Shown: positions 47,276 to 57,932, counted from the stretch's first letter. The stretch: 64,000 nucleotides of DNA from Thermodesulfobacteriota bacterium (GCA_964291405.2 OZ219926.1:352001-416000), one strand, 5' to 3'. Notes: generated by a model from the letters alone, not told the origin. Program-made: numbers and translations.

Positions 47276-48106
47276 CTAAATATTTGCCGGTGTCACCGCC
47301 AGACCGGGGGTATCCACCCGGGTACGAAAAATCGTTCCCTTCCGGTCCGGGTCTTCGGTATTATCCGCCGTCACAATATACAGATCGCGCCGGTCCGCGC
47401 CGCCAAAACATAAACTCGTGACCGCCTTGGCCGGCACCTCAACCTTCCGGTCTTCCTTACCCTCAGGCGTGTAGCGCAGGGCACAGCTACCACCATAGAC
47501 AGCGACCCACACGCAGCCGTCCTCATCAACCGCCAAGCCATCAGGCACCCAATCAGCAGGCAGACTGGCCAGAACGCGGCGGTTCGTCATCGACCCGTCA
47601 GCCGCAACATCGTGCAGGATAATATGCCGTGGCACGCTGTCCGAATGGTAGAGTCTGCTCCCGTCCGGCGAGAAGCCAATGCCGTTGGTGATACCAACAT
47701 CGCCGTACAGTTCAACCGCCGAATCCTCACCCGCCAGCCGCCACAACTCGCCGGGGACCTGAACCTTGAGCTTGAAGGGATCGGAGCGCAGTGAGCCGAC
47801 CAGGACCCGGCCTTGGGAATCCGTGAAGAGATCGTTAAAGCCGGGAATATCGTCGCGCTGGAACAGGATGCGCGTCGTACCGTCTTTGACATGACACACG
47901 TTCTTGCCGGAGATGACCAAGCCACCAGCCGCATGCAGGGCGATGCCACCAACCCCACGCCGGCGCGGCACAACAGTCGAGATCTCTCCGCCTGGTGCGC
48001 GGCAGTACACCCCGCCGTTGGTCACATCACTGAAGTATAAATTGTCCGCGTCGTCTACTCGTGGACCTTCAAGCAGTCCATATCCGGAAGCAATGGTTTC
48101 AAGCAT
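47276..48106 (-). CDS. SMP-30/gluconolactonase/LRE family protein
   Basis: LEGP, FND, NGIGFSPDG, PDGLAVD and CFGG motifs. Confidence 0.88.
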   Translation of the reverse strand: MLETIASGYGLLEGPRVDDADNLYFSDVTNGGVYCRAPGGEISTVVPRRRGVGGIALHAAGGLVISGKNVCHVKDGTTRILFQRDDIPGFNDLFTDSQGRVLVGSLRSDPFKLKVQVPGELWRLAGEDSAVELYGDVGITNGIGFSPDGSRLYHSDSVPRHIILHDVAADGSMTNRRVLASLPADWVPDGLAVDEDGCVWVAVYGGSCALRYTPEGKEDRKVEVPAKAVTSLCFGGADRRDLYIVTADNTEDPDRKGTIFRTRVDTPGLAVTPANI

Positions 48107-48139
48107 GCTCTCCCCTTTTCCTTGACGCTGATGCAGCCA

Positions 48140-49306
48140 TCAATCCAGTCCGTAGACTTTCGCAACGCTGTCGCCCAGCAAATTCTTTCGAGCCGTATCT
48201 GACAGAGGGCTGACCAGATTGTGCAGCGCCTCAATATAATTGCCCGGATGATCAAAATGCGGGTAGTCCGTGGCCCAGAAGAAACGATCGTTGCCCACAT
48301 GCTCCACGATGTGCGCCAGTGCGGTCTCGTCCGGGTCGCCCGATATCCAACACTGGCGCTGAAAATAAAAACTCGGATTTTCTTTGAGGCGAACGCTATG
48401 CCCGAGGGCGGTCCCATAGGTGGCATCCATGCGGTCAAGCACGGCCCCTATCCAGCCGGCCCCCGACTCCAGGAGCACGATCTTGAGGCACGGGAATCTG
48501 TCGAACAAGCCGTACTGAAACAAGATGTAAAAAGCCTGCTGCGGCCCCTGGGCACCAAGCATGGTCTGATACCAGTCCGCCCACTTGATATCCGTAAAGC
48601 GCTGATACACGCGTTTACTGGGATGCTCGGCCATGGGGTGGATACCAACCGGGACATCCAAATCCTGCGCGGCGGCCCAAAACGGATCGTAGTCCGGGTG
48701 GGCATGGGCTTTTGTGGTAATCGTGAACGGCGCAATAAACGCGCCCTTGCAGCCGGCTTTGACCGCCCGTTCCAGTTCGGTGGCTGCCTGCTCGCCACTC
48801 GTCAACGTAATATGCGCAATGGGCACTAGCCGGCCGTGCGTGTCGGAACAGAAGTCAACAATCCAGCGATTGTAGGCACGGGCATAGGCGTCGGCTAAGG
48901 CCGGGTCTTCCGTTTCGCACTCCCAGACCAGGCCGATGCTGGGGTAGAGAATCGTTGCCCGCAGTCCTTCTTGATCCAATAAAGCAACCCGCTCTTTCGG
49001 GTCCATCGCGCCAAAGGGCGCCGCTTCGGCATAGGTCTGGGTTTTAATGGATGTAACGATATCAGACGCGCTACGGCCCATTCCACCGAGTGAGGCAAAC
49101 GCCTTGATGTTGAAGAAGCGCGACGGACGGCCGTCGAGTTCGAGGTATTCCTTGCCGTCAGTGTTCAGACGGATGCGGAGCGCTCGCTCCCGAAAGGTCG
49201 GATCGATGTATTTTTCCCATACATCAGGCGGCTCCAAAACATGCCCGTCCGCGTCGATAATGTTGTCGTGACCAAGTAATTCCGAGGCCATCATCGGTTC
49301 AGCCAT
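48140..49306 (-). CDS. Amidohydrolase_2 family protein
   Basis: IDADGHVLEP, ESGAGW and TDYPHFD motifs. Confidence 0.88.
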   Translation of the reverse strand: MAEPMMASELLGHDNIIDADGHVLEPPDVWEKYIDPTFRERALRIRLNTDGKEYLELDGRPSRFFNIKAFASLGGMGRSASDIVTSIKTQTYAEAAPFGAMDPKERVALLDQEGLRATILYPSIGLVWECETEDPALADAYARAYNRWIVDFCSDTHGRLVPIAHITLTSGEQAATELERAVKAGCKGAFIAPFTITTKAHAHPDYDPFWAAAQDLDVPVGIHPMAEHPSKRVYQRFTDIKWADWYQTMLGAQGPQQAFYILFQYGLFDRFPCLKIVLLESGAGWIGAVLDRMDATYGTALGHSVRLKENPSFYFQRQCWISGDPDETALAHIVEHVGNDRFFWATDYPHFDHPGNYIEALHNLVSPLSDTARKNLLGDSVAKVYGLD

Positions 49307-49473
49307 AATCCTCTACTTTCCGGCCCATCTACCCGGAGTCGCCCACAAGCTACAAGATGGCCCTCGACTGTCAAGGGTGAAGGCCAGGGTACAAGCTTGC
49401 ACGGAGTCGTCCGACAAGACTATAGAGCATATACTTGCCTTGCCACTATTTCTTTACCACGAAGGAGGGGACT

Positions 49474-51159
49474 ATGGCGTTCAATCCCAAACACTCCAGC
49501 CACATCATTACCGAGGGCCGCGACCGCGCCGGGGCGCGCTCCATGTTCAAGGCTATCGGCTTTACGGACGACGATCTGGCCAAACCGCTGGTCGGTGTGG
49601 CGCACACCTGGATTGAGACCATGCCGTGCAACTTCAATCAGCGTCGGCTGGCCGAAAAGGTCAAGCAGGGCGTGCGGGAGGCCGGCGGCACACCCATGGA
49701 AATCAACACCGTCTCCATCAGTGACGCCGTGACCATGGGGACGGAGGGCATGAAAGCCTCCCTCGTCAGCCGCGAAGTCATTGCCGACTCGATTGAGCTG
49801 GTCGGTCGGGGCTATATGTTTGACGCCATGGTCGTTATCGTGGGATGTGACAAGACCATTCCCGCCGGGGCGCTCGCCCTGGCCCGCCTCAATGTTCCAG
49901 GGCTGCTGTTGTATGGCGGTTCGATCGCACCCGGCCGCTTTCAGGACAAAGACGTGACCATTCAGGACGTGTTCGAGGCCATTGGTGCCAATGCCGCAGG
50001 ACGCATGAGCGACACTGACCTCAAACATATCGAGGACTTCGCCTGTCCGGGAGCCGGAGCCTGTGGCGGACAGTATACTGCCAACACCATGGCCACCGTT
50101 ATGGAATTCATCGGCCTGTCGCCCATGGGCACGGGCAGCGTTCCGGCGACCGCTACGCGCAAAGACGCGGTCGCGGTCGAGTGCGGGCAGCGCGTGATGG
50201 ATCTGCTCAACAAAAATATCCGACCGCTGGACATCTTGACCCGTCAGGCGTTTGAGAACGCCATTGCCTGTGTGGCCGCAACCGGCGGGTCAACCAACGC
50301 GGTGTTGCATTTACTGGCAATGGCGCGGGAAGCCAGTATTCCGCTCGATATTGACGATTTCGATACGGTCAGTCGCCGCACCCCGCTCATCGCCGACCTC
50401 AAACCCGGCGGGAAATACGTGGCGACGGATGTGGACAGAGCCGGCGGTATCCAACTGATTGCCCAGCGCCTGGTTGACGGCGGGCTGGTTGACGGCGAGC
50501 AACTGAACGCCAGCGGGGAAACCCTTGCGGTTGAGGCGGCAAGGGCCGTTGAAACCCCGGGTCAGGATGTCATTCTGCCGCTAGCGCGGCCTCTCAAAGA
50601 TACCGGCGGGCTGGTCATTCTGCGAGGCAATCTCGCGCCTGACGGCTGTGTCATCAAAGTCGCCGGGCATGAGCGCCCGTATCATCGCGGGCCGGCCCGT
50701 CTCTTCGAGTGTGAAGAAGACGCCATGGCAGCGGTCACGCAACGCCACATCAAAGGGGGCGATGTCGTGGTCATTCGCTACGAAGGCCCGAGGGGCGGGC
50801 CGGGCATGCGAGAGATGTTAGGCGTGACCGCTGCCATCGTGGGCGAAGGGCTCGGCGACTCCGTGTCCTTAATCACGGACGGACGCTTTAGCGGGGCGAC
50901 GCGCGGCCTCATGGCCGGTCATATTGCGCCGGAAGCCGCAGTTGGCGGCCCTATCGCGATTCTCCGGGAAGGCGACGTGGTGGTGATCGACATTGAAAAC
51001 CGTCAGCTCAATGTTGAGTTGAGCGATGCCGAAATACAAACCCGCCTGGCCGACTGGCAACCACCGACCCCGCGTTACACCTCCGGCGTGTTCGCCAAAT
51101 ACGCGGCCCAGGTCACCTCCGCCTCCGAGGGCGCGGTTACCCAGCCGGGTAGTATCTAG
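49474..51159 (+). CDS. ilvD: Dihydroxy-acid dehydratase
   Basis: PCN, GCDKT, GACGGQYTANTM, GGPGMREM and TDGRFSG motifs. Confidence 0.95.
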   Translation: MAFNPKHSSHIITEGRDRAGARSMFKAIGFTDDDLAKPLVGVAHTWIETMPCNFNQRRLAEKVKQGVREAGGTPMEINTVSISDAVTMGTEGMKASLVSREVIADSIELVGRGYMFDAMVVIVGCDKTIPAGALALARLNVPGLLLYGGSIAPGRFQDKDVTIQDVFEAIGANAAGRMSDTDLKHIEDFACPGAGACGGQYTANTMATVMEFIGLSPMGTGSVPATATRKDAVAVECGQRVMDLLNKNIRPLDILTRQAFENAIACVAATGGSTNAVLHLLAMAREASIPLDIDDFDTVSRRTPLIADLKPGGKYVATDVDRAGGIQLIAQRLVDGGLVDGEQLNASGETLAVEAARAVETPGQDVILPLARPLKDTGGLVILRGNLAPDGCVIKVAGHERPYHRGPARLFECEEDAMAAVTQRHIKGGDVVVIRYEGPRGGPGMREMLGVTAAIVGEGLGDSVSLITDGRFSGATRGLMAGHIAPEAAVGGPIAILREGDVVVIDIENRQLNVELSDAEIQTRLADWQPPTPRYTSGVFAKYAAQVTSASEGAVTQPGSI

Positions 51160-51321
51160 ATGCCCTATATGAAAGGGCCCTGGCCTAGCAACGGCAGAGT
51201 CGGAAATTGATTAGATATGCCCCGCATCGCTTCGCTTGCGAAGCCTCAGACAGGTGGGCTATAAGGGGGCATCTTACTCTGATCGGCATCGGTGCGACGA
51301 TGCACAGCAAAGGAGGTCCGT

Positions 51322-51711
51322 ATGAGTGACGCGAGTAAAGGTGTTGTCCTAGGGTTCTTTGAGAATTTTTCCGCCGGGAATTTTGACGCCGCACTGGACC
51401 TGATGACCGACGACGCCACGTGGTGGGTGGCCGGCAAGTTCGAGTTGTCCGGCACCAAGACCAAAGCGGAGTTCGGCGAACTGGTCAAAGGCATTGGCGC
51501 GGCTATGCCGAACGGCCTGAAAATCACGCCCAAAGGTGTGATTGCCGAGGGAGACCGGGTTGCGGTTGAAGCCGAGTCGTATGGCGAGTTGGCCAACGGC
51601 AAGGTCTATAACAACCAGTATCACTTTCTGATTGAATTATCGGACGGCAAAATCAAAGCCGTGCGGGAATACCTGGATACGATCCACGCCAAAGAAATTC
51701 TGGTTGGCTAA
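51322..51711 (+). CDS. NTF2/SnoaL-like protein
   Basis: IAEGDRVAVE, YNNQY and VREYLDT motifs; AAGGAGG RBS. Confidence 0.85.
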   Translation: MSDASKGVVLGFFENFSAGNFDAALDLMTDDATWWVAGKFELSGTKTKAEFGELVKGIGAAMPNGLKITPKGVIAEGDRVAVEAESYGELANGKVYNNQYHFLIELSDGKIKAVREYLDTIHAKEILVG

Positions 51712-51718
51712 TATCTCA

Positions 51719-51744
51719 TGAGGGCGGCGGGAACGTCGCCCTCA
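51719..51744. terminator. Hairpin between convergent genes
   Basis: TGAGGGCGGCG-ggaa-CGTCGCCCTCA. Confidence 0.55.
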
Positions 51745-53415
51745 TTCTGGAAACGCATACCCACCCAGTAATCTGGAGCTGGAACCCGGACCTACCTGCT
51801 CCCGGAACACGAGGCTGGTCCACTGTAAATAAGGTGCATCCTCCACCTTTTCGACGGCGTCGGCTTTAATCCCACTGATCTCAGACTCGCCATCCTGTGT
51901 TCTTTTAATGAGAAACACACCGGTGACTTTACAAATCTGACCCTGCTCACACGGGGAAGTGCCCGGAATGAAAATCGGGATCGTACCGCTGCTGTCCGTG
52001 AGCTTGAACTTCTGGTACGTCCGTGCCCCATAGCGGGTGGTCAGGCTCGTCACTTGTCCGGTCACACTCACGAAGCGCCGATCAAACTGCGTCTGATCGG
52101 CGAGGAGCGCACGCACCGCGTAGACCGGAGCCGTGTAGGCGGGGGCTTCCGCCGGCTCGTCGACCGGAGCCTCGGCCACCGATACGGACGCGGGTTCCGG
52201 TTCGACGGGTTCAACCGTGCTGGCCACGATACCGCTCACCTCGCCTGTGCCGTCATTGGTCGGCTTTACCAGGAAAACGCCATCGACTTCATACGACTCA
52301 CCTTCAGTCAGCGATCTGGCTCCATTCATAAACACCGGGATCTCGCCACTGACATCGTGCAGTTTGAACTTGGTGGAGGGATGGTCTCCATCTGTGACTC
52401 TCAGGGTCGTGACTTCGCCCGCAAGGCTGATAGCCAGCCGATCAAACGCAGCCGGGTCCTCTAACAGGTCAGCCACCAAGAGACCTATGGGGTCATCCAG
52501 AGCCGTCTCTTCAGATTCTGCCAGCTCATCCTCCAGTTCTTGCAACTCGAACTCCTCAGCCGTTTCGTCCTCCGCGAACTCCAGGGGCTCTTCCGCCAGG
52601 GGTCTCTCCTCCAGAGGAAGAACAGTCTGGCCTACAATCCCACTGACCTGCGTCGATCCGTCGCTAGCCGGTTTGACCAGGAACACTCCGCCAACCTCAT
52701 AGGTCTCGCCCTCGGTCAGTACCTGGACGCCGCGCATAAAGACCGGAATCTCACCACTGGGATCGTGTAGCTTAAACTTTGTGGAAGGAGTGTCTCCCTC
52801 TATGACTCTCAGGCTCGTGACTTCACCCGCCAGGCTGACGACCTGCCGATCAAACGCCTCTGGGTCCTCTAACAAGTCGGCCACCAAGAGACCTATGGGG
52901 TCATCCGGAGCCGTCTCTTCAGATTCTGCCAGCTCGTCCTCCAGTTCTTGCGGCTCGAACTCCTCAGCCGTTTCGTCTTCCGCAAGCTCCAGAGGTTCTT
53001 CCGCCAGGGGAAGAACGGTCTGGCCCACAATCCCGCTGACCCGCGTCGATCCGTCTCTGGTCGGTTTGACCAGAAACATCCCGCCAACCTTATACGTCTC
53101 GCCCTCGGTCAGTGCCTGGACGCCGCGCATAAAGACCGGGACCGTCCCGTCCGCGTCACCGAGCTTAAATTTGGTGTACGGTTTTTCGCCTTCCTCAATG
53201 ATAAGGCTTATGACCTGACCGGTCACTGTGACCTCTTGCCTGTCAAAGGCTGTCGGGTCGGAGAGCAGCTCGTCAACGCTTTGGGGCCAGGTCGGCACGG
53301 GCAAGAGCAGGACGAGTAGCACCACCAGACCCCCAGCGCTTCGACGAAAAAGGCAGCCCCCTGGGGCTGCCCCTACTCTTGTGTCTGGAAGGGTTGTCAA
53401 CCAACGTATTCGCAA
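51742..53415 (-). CDS. Secreted protein with four tandem OB-fold-like repeats and acidic linkers
   Basis: Four units LLxDPxxFDRxxV-GxV...KFKLxD..G.(I/V)P(V/I)F...G.FL(V/I)K; 408-bp DNA periodicity; TTG start with AAGGAG. Confidence 0.7.
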   Translation of the reverse strand: MRIRWLTTLPDTRVGAAPGGCLFRRSAGGLVVLLVLLLPVPTWPQSVDELLSDPTAFDRQEVTVTGQVISLIIEEGEKPYTKFKLGDADGTVPVFMRGVQALTEGETYKVGGMFLVKPTRDGSTRVSGIVGQTVLPLAEEPLELAEDETAEEFEPQELEDELAESEETAPDDPIGLLVADLLEDPEAFDRQVVSLAGEVTSLRVIEGDTPSTKFKLHDPSGEIPVFMRGVQVLTEGETYEVGGVFLVKPASDGSTQVSGIVGQTVLPLEERPLAEEPLEFAEDETAEEFELQELEDELAESEETALDDPIGLLVADLLEDPAAFDRLAISLAGEVTTLRVTDGDHPSTKFKLHDVSGEIPVFMNGARSLTEGESYEVDGVFLVKPTNDGTGEVSGIVASTVEPVEPEPASVSVAEAPVDEPAEAPAYTAPVYAVRALLADQTQFDRRFVSVTGQVTSLTTRYGARTYQKFKLTDSSGTIPIFIPGTSPCEQGQICKVTGVFLIKRTQDGESEISGIKADAVEKVEDAPYLQWTSLVFREQVGPGSSSRLLGGYAFPE

Positions 53416-53440
53416 TGTTTCTCCTTCGGGCCGATCTGGC

Positions 53441-54754
53441 CTAGGGCCAGAACATTTTCTTTGCCGCGCGTTTCAACTCGGGCTGAAAGTCGGGATGCGC
53501 GATGCTGATCAGGGCCTCGGCGCGCTGGCGTTGCGTCTTGCCTTGAAGATTCACCATGCCGAACTCGGTCACCACATAGTCCGTGTACTGGCGTGGCGTG
53601 GTCAGGGTGCTCCCCGGCTCCAGCATGGGAACAATGCGGGACAGCGAGCCTCGGCGCGCCGTGGACGGCAGCACCATGATGGATCGCCCTCCCTCCGAAT
53701 ACATCGAGCCCATCATAAATGTCATCTGCCCGCCGATACCGGAGTACATTTGCGGGCCGATCGACTCGGCCGCGGCCTGCCCGGTCAGGTCGATTGATAA
53801 AGTGCTATTCACCGCGACCTGACTCTTCTGGGCGGCGATGGTCAGCAGGGAGTTCGTATACAATACGCTGTACAACTCAAAGGCCGGGTTGTTATTGACG
53901 AATTCCAGGTCCGCGCCGCCCACGACCATAGCTGCGACCGCCTTGCCCCTGTGCATCGATTTATATTTACCGGTCGCCACGCCACGCTTGACCAGTTCAA
54001 CATGGCTGGCGGTCATGATTTCGCTATGAATCCCCAGATCGTTCCGGTCCATCAGAAACAGACCAATAGCTTCGGAGATCGCGCCAATGCCCATTTGGAC
54101 GGTGTCGCCGTCCTTGATCAGGGTTGAGGCGAATTCCCCAATAACCTCTAAGGTGCCCTGTTCCTCGTCCGGCGGTGGGGGGGTCCCAAGCGGAAAAGGC
54201 TTGGTCTCTTCGACCAGATAGTCGATCTCAGACACATGGATCCAGTTGTCGCCGTGGGTCCGAATGCAAGCCGGGTCAACTTCCGCAACAAAACACTTGG
54301 CCGCCCTGGCCACGTCCTTGTTATACCAGAGGGCGTTACCGAAGCTGCAATAGCCTTTTTCATCCGGCGGTGAGACCACGCCAAAGAAAATATCGGAGTT
54401 CCAGGTATTGGTCCGACCCTGTTCGGCCTGCTTGGCGTACTGGGGATAATCCAGCGGCATGAAATCCACATAGTGCTTTTTCATGCCCTCCCGGCAGCCG
54501 GCCCCGACATAATCAACGATTCGAGTGAACGAGGCGTCATAGACGGCGTCGTTCCAGATGGGGTGCTCGTACAGTGGATAACACTGGATAAGGGTCACCT
54601 GTTCCAGCTCTCTATTCCGCGCCGCCAAGGCGTCCAGAATGGGGATGGGCGGTTTGCCGATATGCAGCCGGACTAAGCTGTCCGATTTGACAAGGCTGGC
54701 GGCCTGTTCGGCTGAGATGAGCTTATCCTTATACGTATGCTGCCAGGGTGCCAT
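53441..54754 (-). CDS. Acetyl-CoA hydrolase/4-hydroxybutyrate CoA-transferase family
   Basis: QMGIG, GIHSE, SGIGGQ, VVTEFG and IAHPDF motifs. Confidence 0.88.
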   Translation of the reverse strand: MAPWQHTYKDKLISAEQAASLVKSDSLVRLHIGKPPIPILDALAARNRELEQVTLIQCYPLYEHPIWNDAVYDASFTRIVDYVGAGCREGMKKHYVDFMPLDYPQYAKQAEQGRTNTWNSDIFFGVVSPPDEKGYCSFGNALWYNKDVARAAKCFVAEVDPACIRTHGDNWIHVSEIDYLVEETKPFPLGTPPPPDEEQGTLEVIGEFASTLIKDGDTVQMGIGAISEAIGLFLMDRNDLGIHSEIMTASHVELVKRGVATGKYKSMHRGKAVAAMVVGGADLEFVNNNPAFELYSVLYTNSLLTIAAQKSQVAVNSTLSIDLTGQAAAESIGPQMYSGIGGQMTFMMGSMYSEGGRSIMVLPSTARRGSLSRIVPMLEPGSTLTTPRQYTDYVVTEFGMVNLQGKTQRQRAEALISIAHPDFQPELKRAAKKMFWP

Positions 54755-54781
54755 ACTTTACCTCCCGGTTTCTGTCTCCCA

Positions 54782-55549
54782 TTACCCAACCAAACTATGC
54801 CCGCCATCAACGAAGAGCGTCGTGCCGGTCATGAAGGTATTGGCGTCTGAGGCCAGAAAGATAATCGCCGGTTTGAGCTCCTTGGGGTCACCAACCCGCT
54901 GCATCGGGATCTTGCCTATGATCCCCTTCCCGCCTTTGGTCTCCCAAAATTCGTGGTTCATCGGCGTGTCAAAATAGCCCGGACACAGGGCGTTCACCCG
55001 GATATTATCCCGAGCCCATTCGAGCGCCAGAGTACGGGTGAAAGACACCAAGGCCGCTTTGGTCGCCCCGTAGGCGGCCATATAACGTGCGACAATTTTC
55101 GAGAACAGGGAAGACACGTTAATAATATTACCCTGCCTGCGTTTGGCCATCTCAACCCCAACATGCTTGGAACATAGAACCGGACCCTTGAGGTTGAGGT
55201 TCATAAAACGGTCCCACTCTTCTTCGCTCAGATTGTGCACCGGAGTCGTCCCTCCGATACCGGCGTTGTTAACCAAAACATCGATCTGCCCGAACTCGGC
55301 CATGACCGCTTGCACCATGGCCTGAATCTCAGTGTCTTTGGTGACATCCGCGGCAACGCCAATCACCCGGCGCCCGGTGGCTGCATGGATAGCGGACGAA
55401 ACGGTATCGAGGTCGGCCTGGGTGCGGCTGACGAGCGCCACATCGGCTCCGGATTCAGCTAGAGCGTAGGCCATCTGTTCACCCAGGCCCTTACTGCCTC
55501 CGGTGATAATGGCCTTTTTTCCGGAAAGATCGAAATATGGAGAAGTCAT
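54782..55549 (-). CDS. SDR family oxidoreductase
   Basis: TGGSKGLG, NNAG and YGATK motifs. Confidence 0.9.
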   Translation of the reverse strand: MTSPYFDLSGKKAIITGGSKGLGEQMAYALAESGADVALVSRTQADLDTVSSAIHAATGRRVIGVAADVTKDTEIQAMVQAVMAEFGQIDVLVNNAGIGGTTPVHNLSEEEWDRFMNLNLKGPVLCSKHVGVEMAKRRQGNIINVSSLFSKIVARYMAAYGATKAALVSFTRTLALEWARDNIRVNALCPGYFDTPMNHEFWETKGGKGIIGKIPMQRVGDPKELKPAIIFLASDANTFMTGTTLFVDGGHSLVG

Positions 55550-55561
55550 GGTCGTCCTTTA

Positions 55562-55617
55562 GGGGCTGGGGATTGGGGGTTAGGGAGCCAATCCCCAACC
55601 CCCAATCCCTAATCCCA
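55562..55617. repeat. Inverted heptamer tandem repeats (STRR-like)
   Basis: ggggctg gggattg ggggtta ggg ... ccccaac ccccaat ccctaat ccc. Confidence 0.65.
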
Positions 55618-55621
55618 ATTC

Positions 55622-56770
55622 TCAGCAGCCCAACTGGCGGGCAATCACCATGCGCTGCACTTCGCTGGTTCCTTCACCAATAGTGAGAATCTTTGAGTCC
55701 AGATAGAAACGGGAGACGGGCGATTCGCGCATGTAGCCATACCCACCGTGAATCTGGACAGCTTCCTCTGCCGTCTTCACCGCGATTTCAGACGAGGCCA
55801 GCTTGGCCATAGCCGCCTCTTTGGCATAAGGTTTACCTTCGTCGCGGAGTGTGGCGGCACGGTAAATCATCAGCCGTGCCATCTCGGCCTGGGTCGCCAT
55901 ATCGGCCAGTTTGAACTGGATAGCCTGATGAGAGGCCAGGGGCTGGCCAAAGGTTTCGCGCTCCAAGGCATGCCTGAGCGACAAATCCAGGCAGGCTTCG
56001 GCCAGCGACAGGCCGAGCGTGGCGACTGAGATGCGCCCGCATTCGAGCGTCTTCAAAAACGCCCGAAAGCCCGAGCCCTGCTCACCCAGGAGATGGTCAC
56101 GCGGCACGCGGACGTTCTCAAAAATCTGCTCTCGCGTATCAACCGTATGCCAGCCTATTTTTTTATACCGCTGGCCAACCGTATAGCCGGGTGTATCTTT
56201 GGGAATAATCAGCGCGCTGTATTGTTTTTTGCCGTTGTCGCTAGTGCCATTCGTGGTAAGCGCAACCAGGCCGTAACTCAGCGGCGTCCCTGCGTTGGAG
56301 ATAAAACTCTTGGTGCCGTTCACCACCCAGGAATCGCCCTCAAGACGGGACGTGGTCATAATATTGGCGGCATCCGAACCGGCCTGGGGTTCGGTCAGAC
56401 CGAAGGCTCCGAGGTGTTTCCCTTTGGCCAGGGGAGTCAGCCATTTTTTCTTTTGTTCGTCCGTACCAAAATGCAAATACGGCAGCGAGCCTATGGTCAG
56501 ATGGGCCTGGAGCGTTGTGGCAATCGACTGATCGACCTTACCCAACTCCTCAATCGCCATGACCATGCTCATGGTGCCGGCGTTGGAGCCTCCGTACTCC
56601 TCGGGGATGAGCAGCCCCATCAACTGCAACTCGGCGAGCTTGTGAAAAATCTCAGTGGGGAAATACTCCACGGCGGACCACTCGTCCGCGTACGGAGCGA
56701 TCTCTTTTCTGGCGAAATCACGACACAGGTCGCGGATCATTGTCTGTTCTTGCGTCAGTTCAAAATCCAT
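55622..56770 (-). CDS. Acyl-CoA dehydrogenase
   Basis: LTEPQAGSDA, GTKSFISN, QIHGGYGY and GEGTSEVQR motifs. Confidence 0.93.
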   Translation of the reverse strand: MDFELTQEQTMIRDLCRDFARKEIAPYADEWSAVEYFPTEIFHKLAELQLMGLLIPEEYGGSNAGTMSMVMAIEELGKVDQSIATTLQAHLTIGSLPYLHFGTDEQKKKWLTPLAKGKHLGAFGLTEPQAGSDAANIMTTSRLEGDSWVVNGTKSFISNAGTPLSYGLVALTTNGTSDNGKKQYSALIIPKDTPGYTVGQRYKKIGWHTVDTREQIFENVRVPRDHLLGEQGSGFRAFLKTLECGRISVATLGLSLAEACLDLSLRHALERETFGQPLASHQAIQFKLADMATQAEMARLMIYRAATLRDEGKPYAKEAAMAKLASSEIAVKTAEEAVQIHGGYGYMRESPVSRFYLDSKILTIGEGTSEVQRMVIARQLGC

Positions 56771-56981
56771 AGCCGTCTTACTCCAACACCGTCGGACAAG
56801 ATTGGACCCATCTGCTTGGCGTCTCGGACGTTCTTGGCATCTTGGCTGTGGTCCTCATGATTGTCAAGGTAAAACCCCGTAGCGCCACGGCAATAGACGG
56901 CACGCGATCGAGACGATAATAAGCCTCTTGGAGAGACAATACCGAGTCAACCACACGCCCTGACGACGAGAGGAGAACACC

Positions 56982-57926
56982 ATGGCCCGTCCCATTCAAT
57001 TTGGTCTGTTTCAGCCCCAGATCGGCCTACCGTTTCCATTGCTCAAAGAACGGGCCCTGGCCTGCGAGGAGTACGGTTTCCACTCCATCTGGTTTACCGA
57101 TCACATGTGGCCGCGCGGGCTGACCCAGGCCGATTTCCTGGAGGGCTGGACGGTCATGTCGTCCATGGCCATGGTCACCACCACGATCCGCGTCGGCGGT
57201 CTGGTGCTGTGCAACTCCTATCGCAACCCCGCCTTTCTGGCCAAGATGGCGGCCAGCCTGGACAACATCAGCGAAGGCCGGGTTGAAATCGGTCTGGGAG
57301 CCGGCTGGATGAATGAGGAATATGAGGCCTACGGCTACCCCTTTCCGTCCGGTGGTACCCGAGCGGACCAGATGAGAGAAGGCGTCGTCATCATGAAGAA
57401 GATGTTTACCGAAGACGCCGCCTCGTATGCAGGCGAACACTACACCATCGCGGAGGCCCACTGTAATCCCAAACCAATTCAGAAGCCCTACCCGCCCATT
57501 ACGATCGGGGCCATGGCCGAACGCAAGGGGCTCAAGATTGTTGCCGAACACGCCGACCGCTGGAACTGTCCGGCGGCCGCGGCCCATAGAATCGAGCAGA
57601 AGTGGGCGGTGATTACCGACCACTGCAAAACCATCGACCGCAACCCGGACGAGATTGAAATCTCCGAACAGACGCTGGTTGTCCTGGGGAAAGACAAACA
57701 GGATTTTGACAAGAAATACCCGCTGGCCAAAAAGACCCTGGGTCGGCTGGCCAACCTCGACAAATGCGGCGTATGCGGCGATCCGAACGGCGTCATTCAG
57801 GCCTTGCAGGAGAAAAATAAGAAAGGTGTGACGCTGTTTACCATGATATTCAGCGATATGGCGCAGGACGATTTCCTGGCCACGCTCAAAATCTTTGCCA
57901 ACGAAGTCATGCCCGCCTTCCGGTAA
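56982..57926 (+). CDS. LLM class (probably F420-dependent) oxidoreductase
   Basis: WFTDH, NSYRNPA, GLGAGW, PKPIQ and ADRWN motifs. Confidence 0.88.
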   Translation: MARPIQFGLFQPQIGLPFPLLKERALACEEYGFHSIWFTDHMWPRGLTQADFLEGWTVMSSMAMVTTTIRVGGLVLCNSYRNPAFLAKMAASLDNISEGRVEIGLGAGWMNEEYEAYGYPFPSGGTRADQMREGVVIMKKMFTEDAASYAGEHYTIAEAHCNPKPIQKPYPPITIGAMAERKGLKIVAEHADRWNCPAAAAHRIEQKWAVITDHCKTIDRNPDEIEISEQTLVVLGKDKQDFDKKYPLAKKTLGRLANLDKCGVCGDPNGVIQALQEKNKKGVTLFTMIFSDMAQDDFLATLKIFANEVMPAFR

Positions 57927-57932
57927 GCAGCC

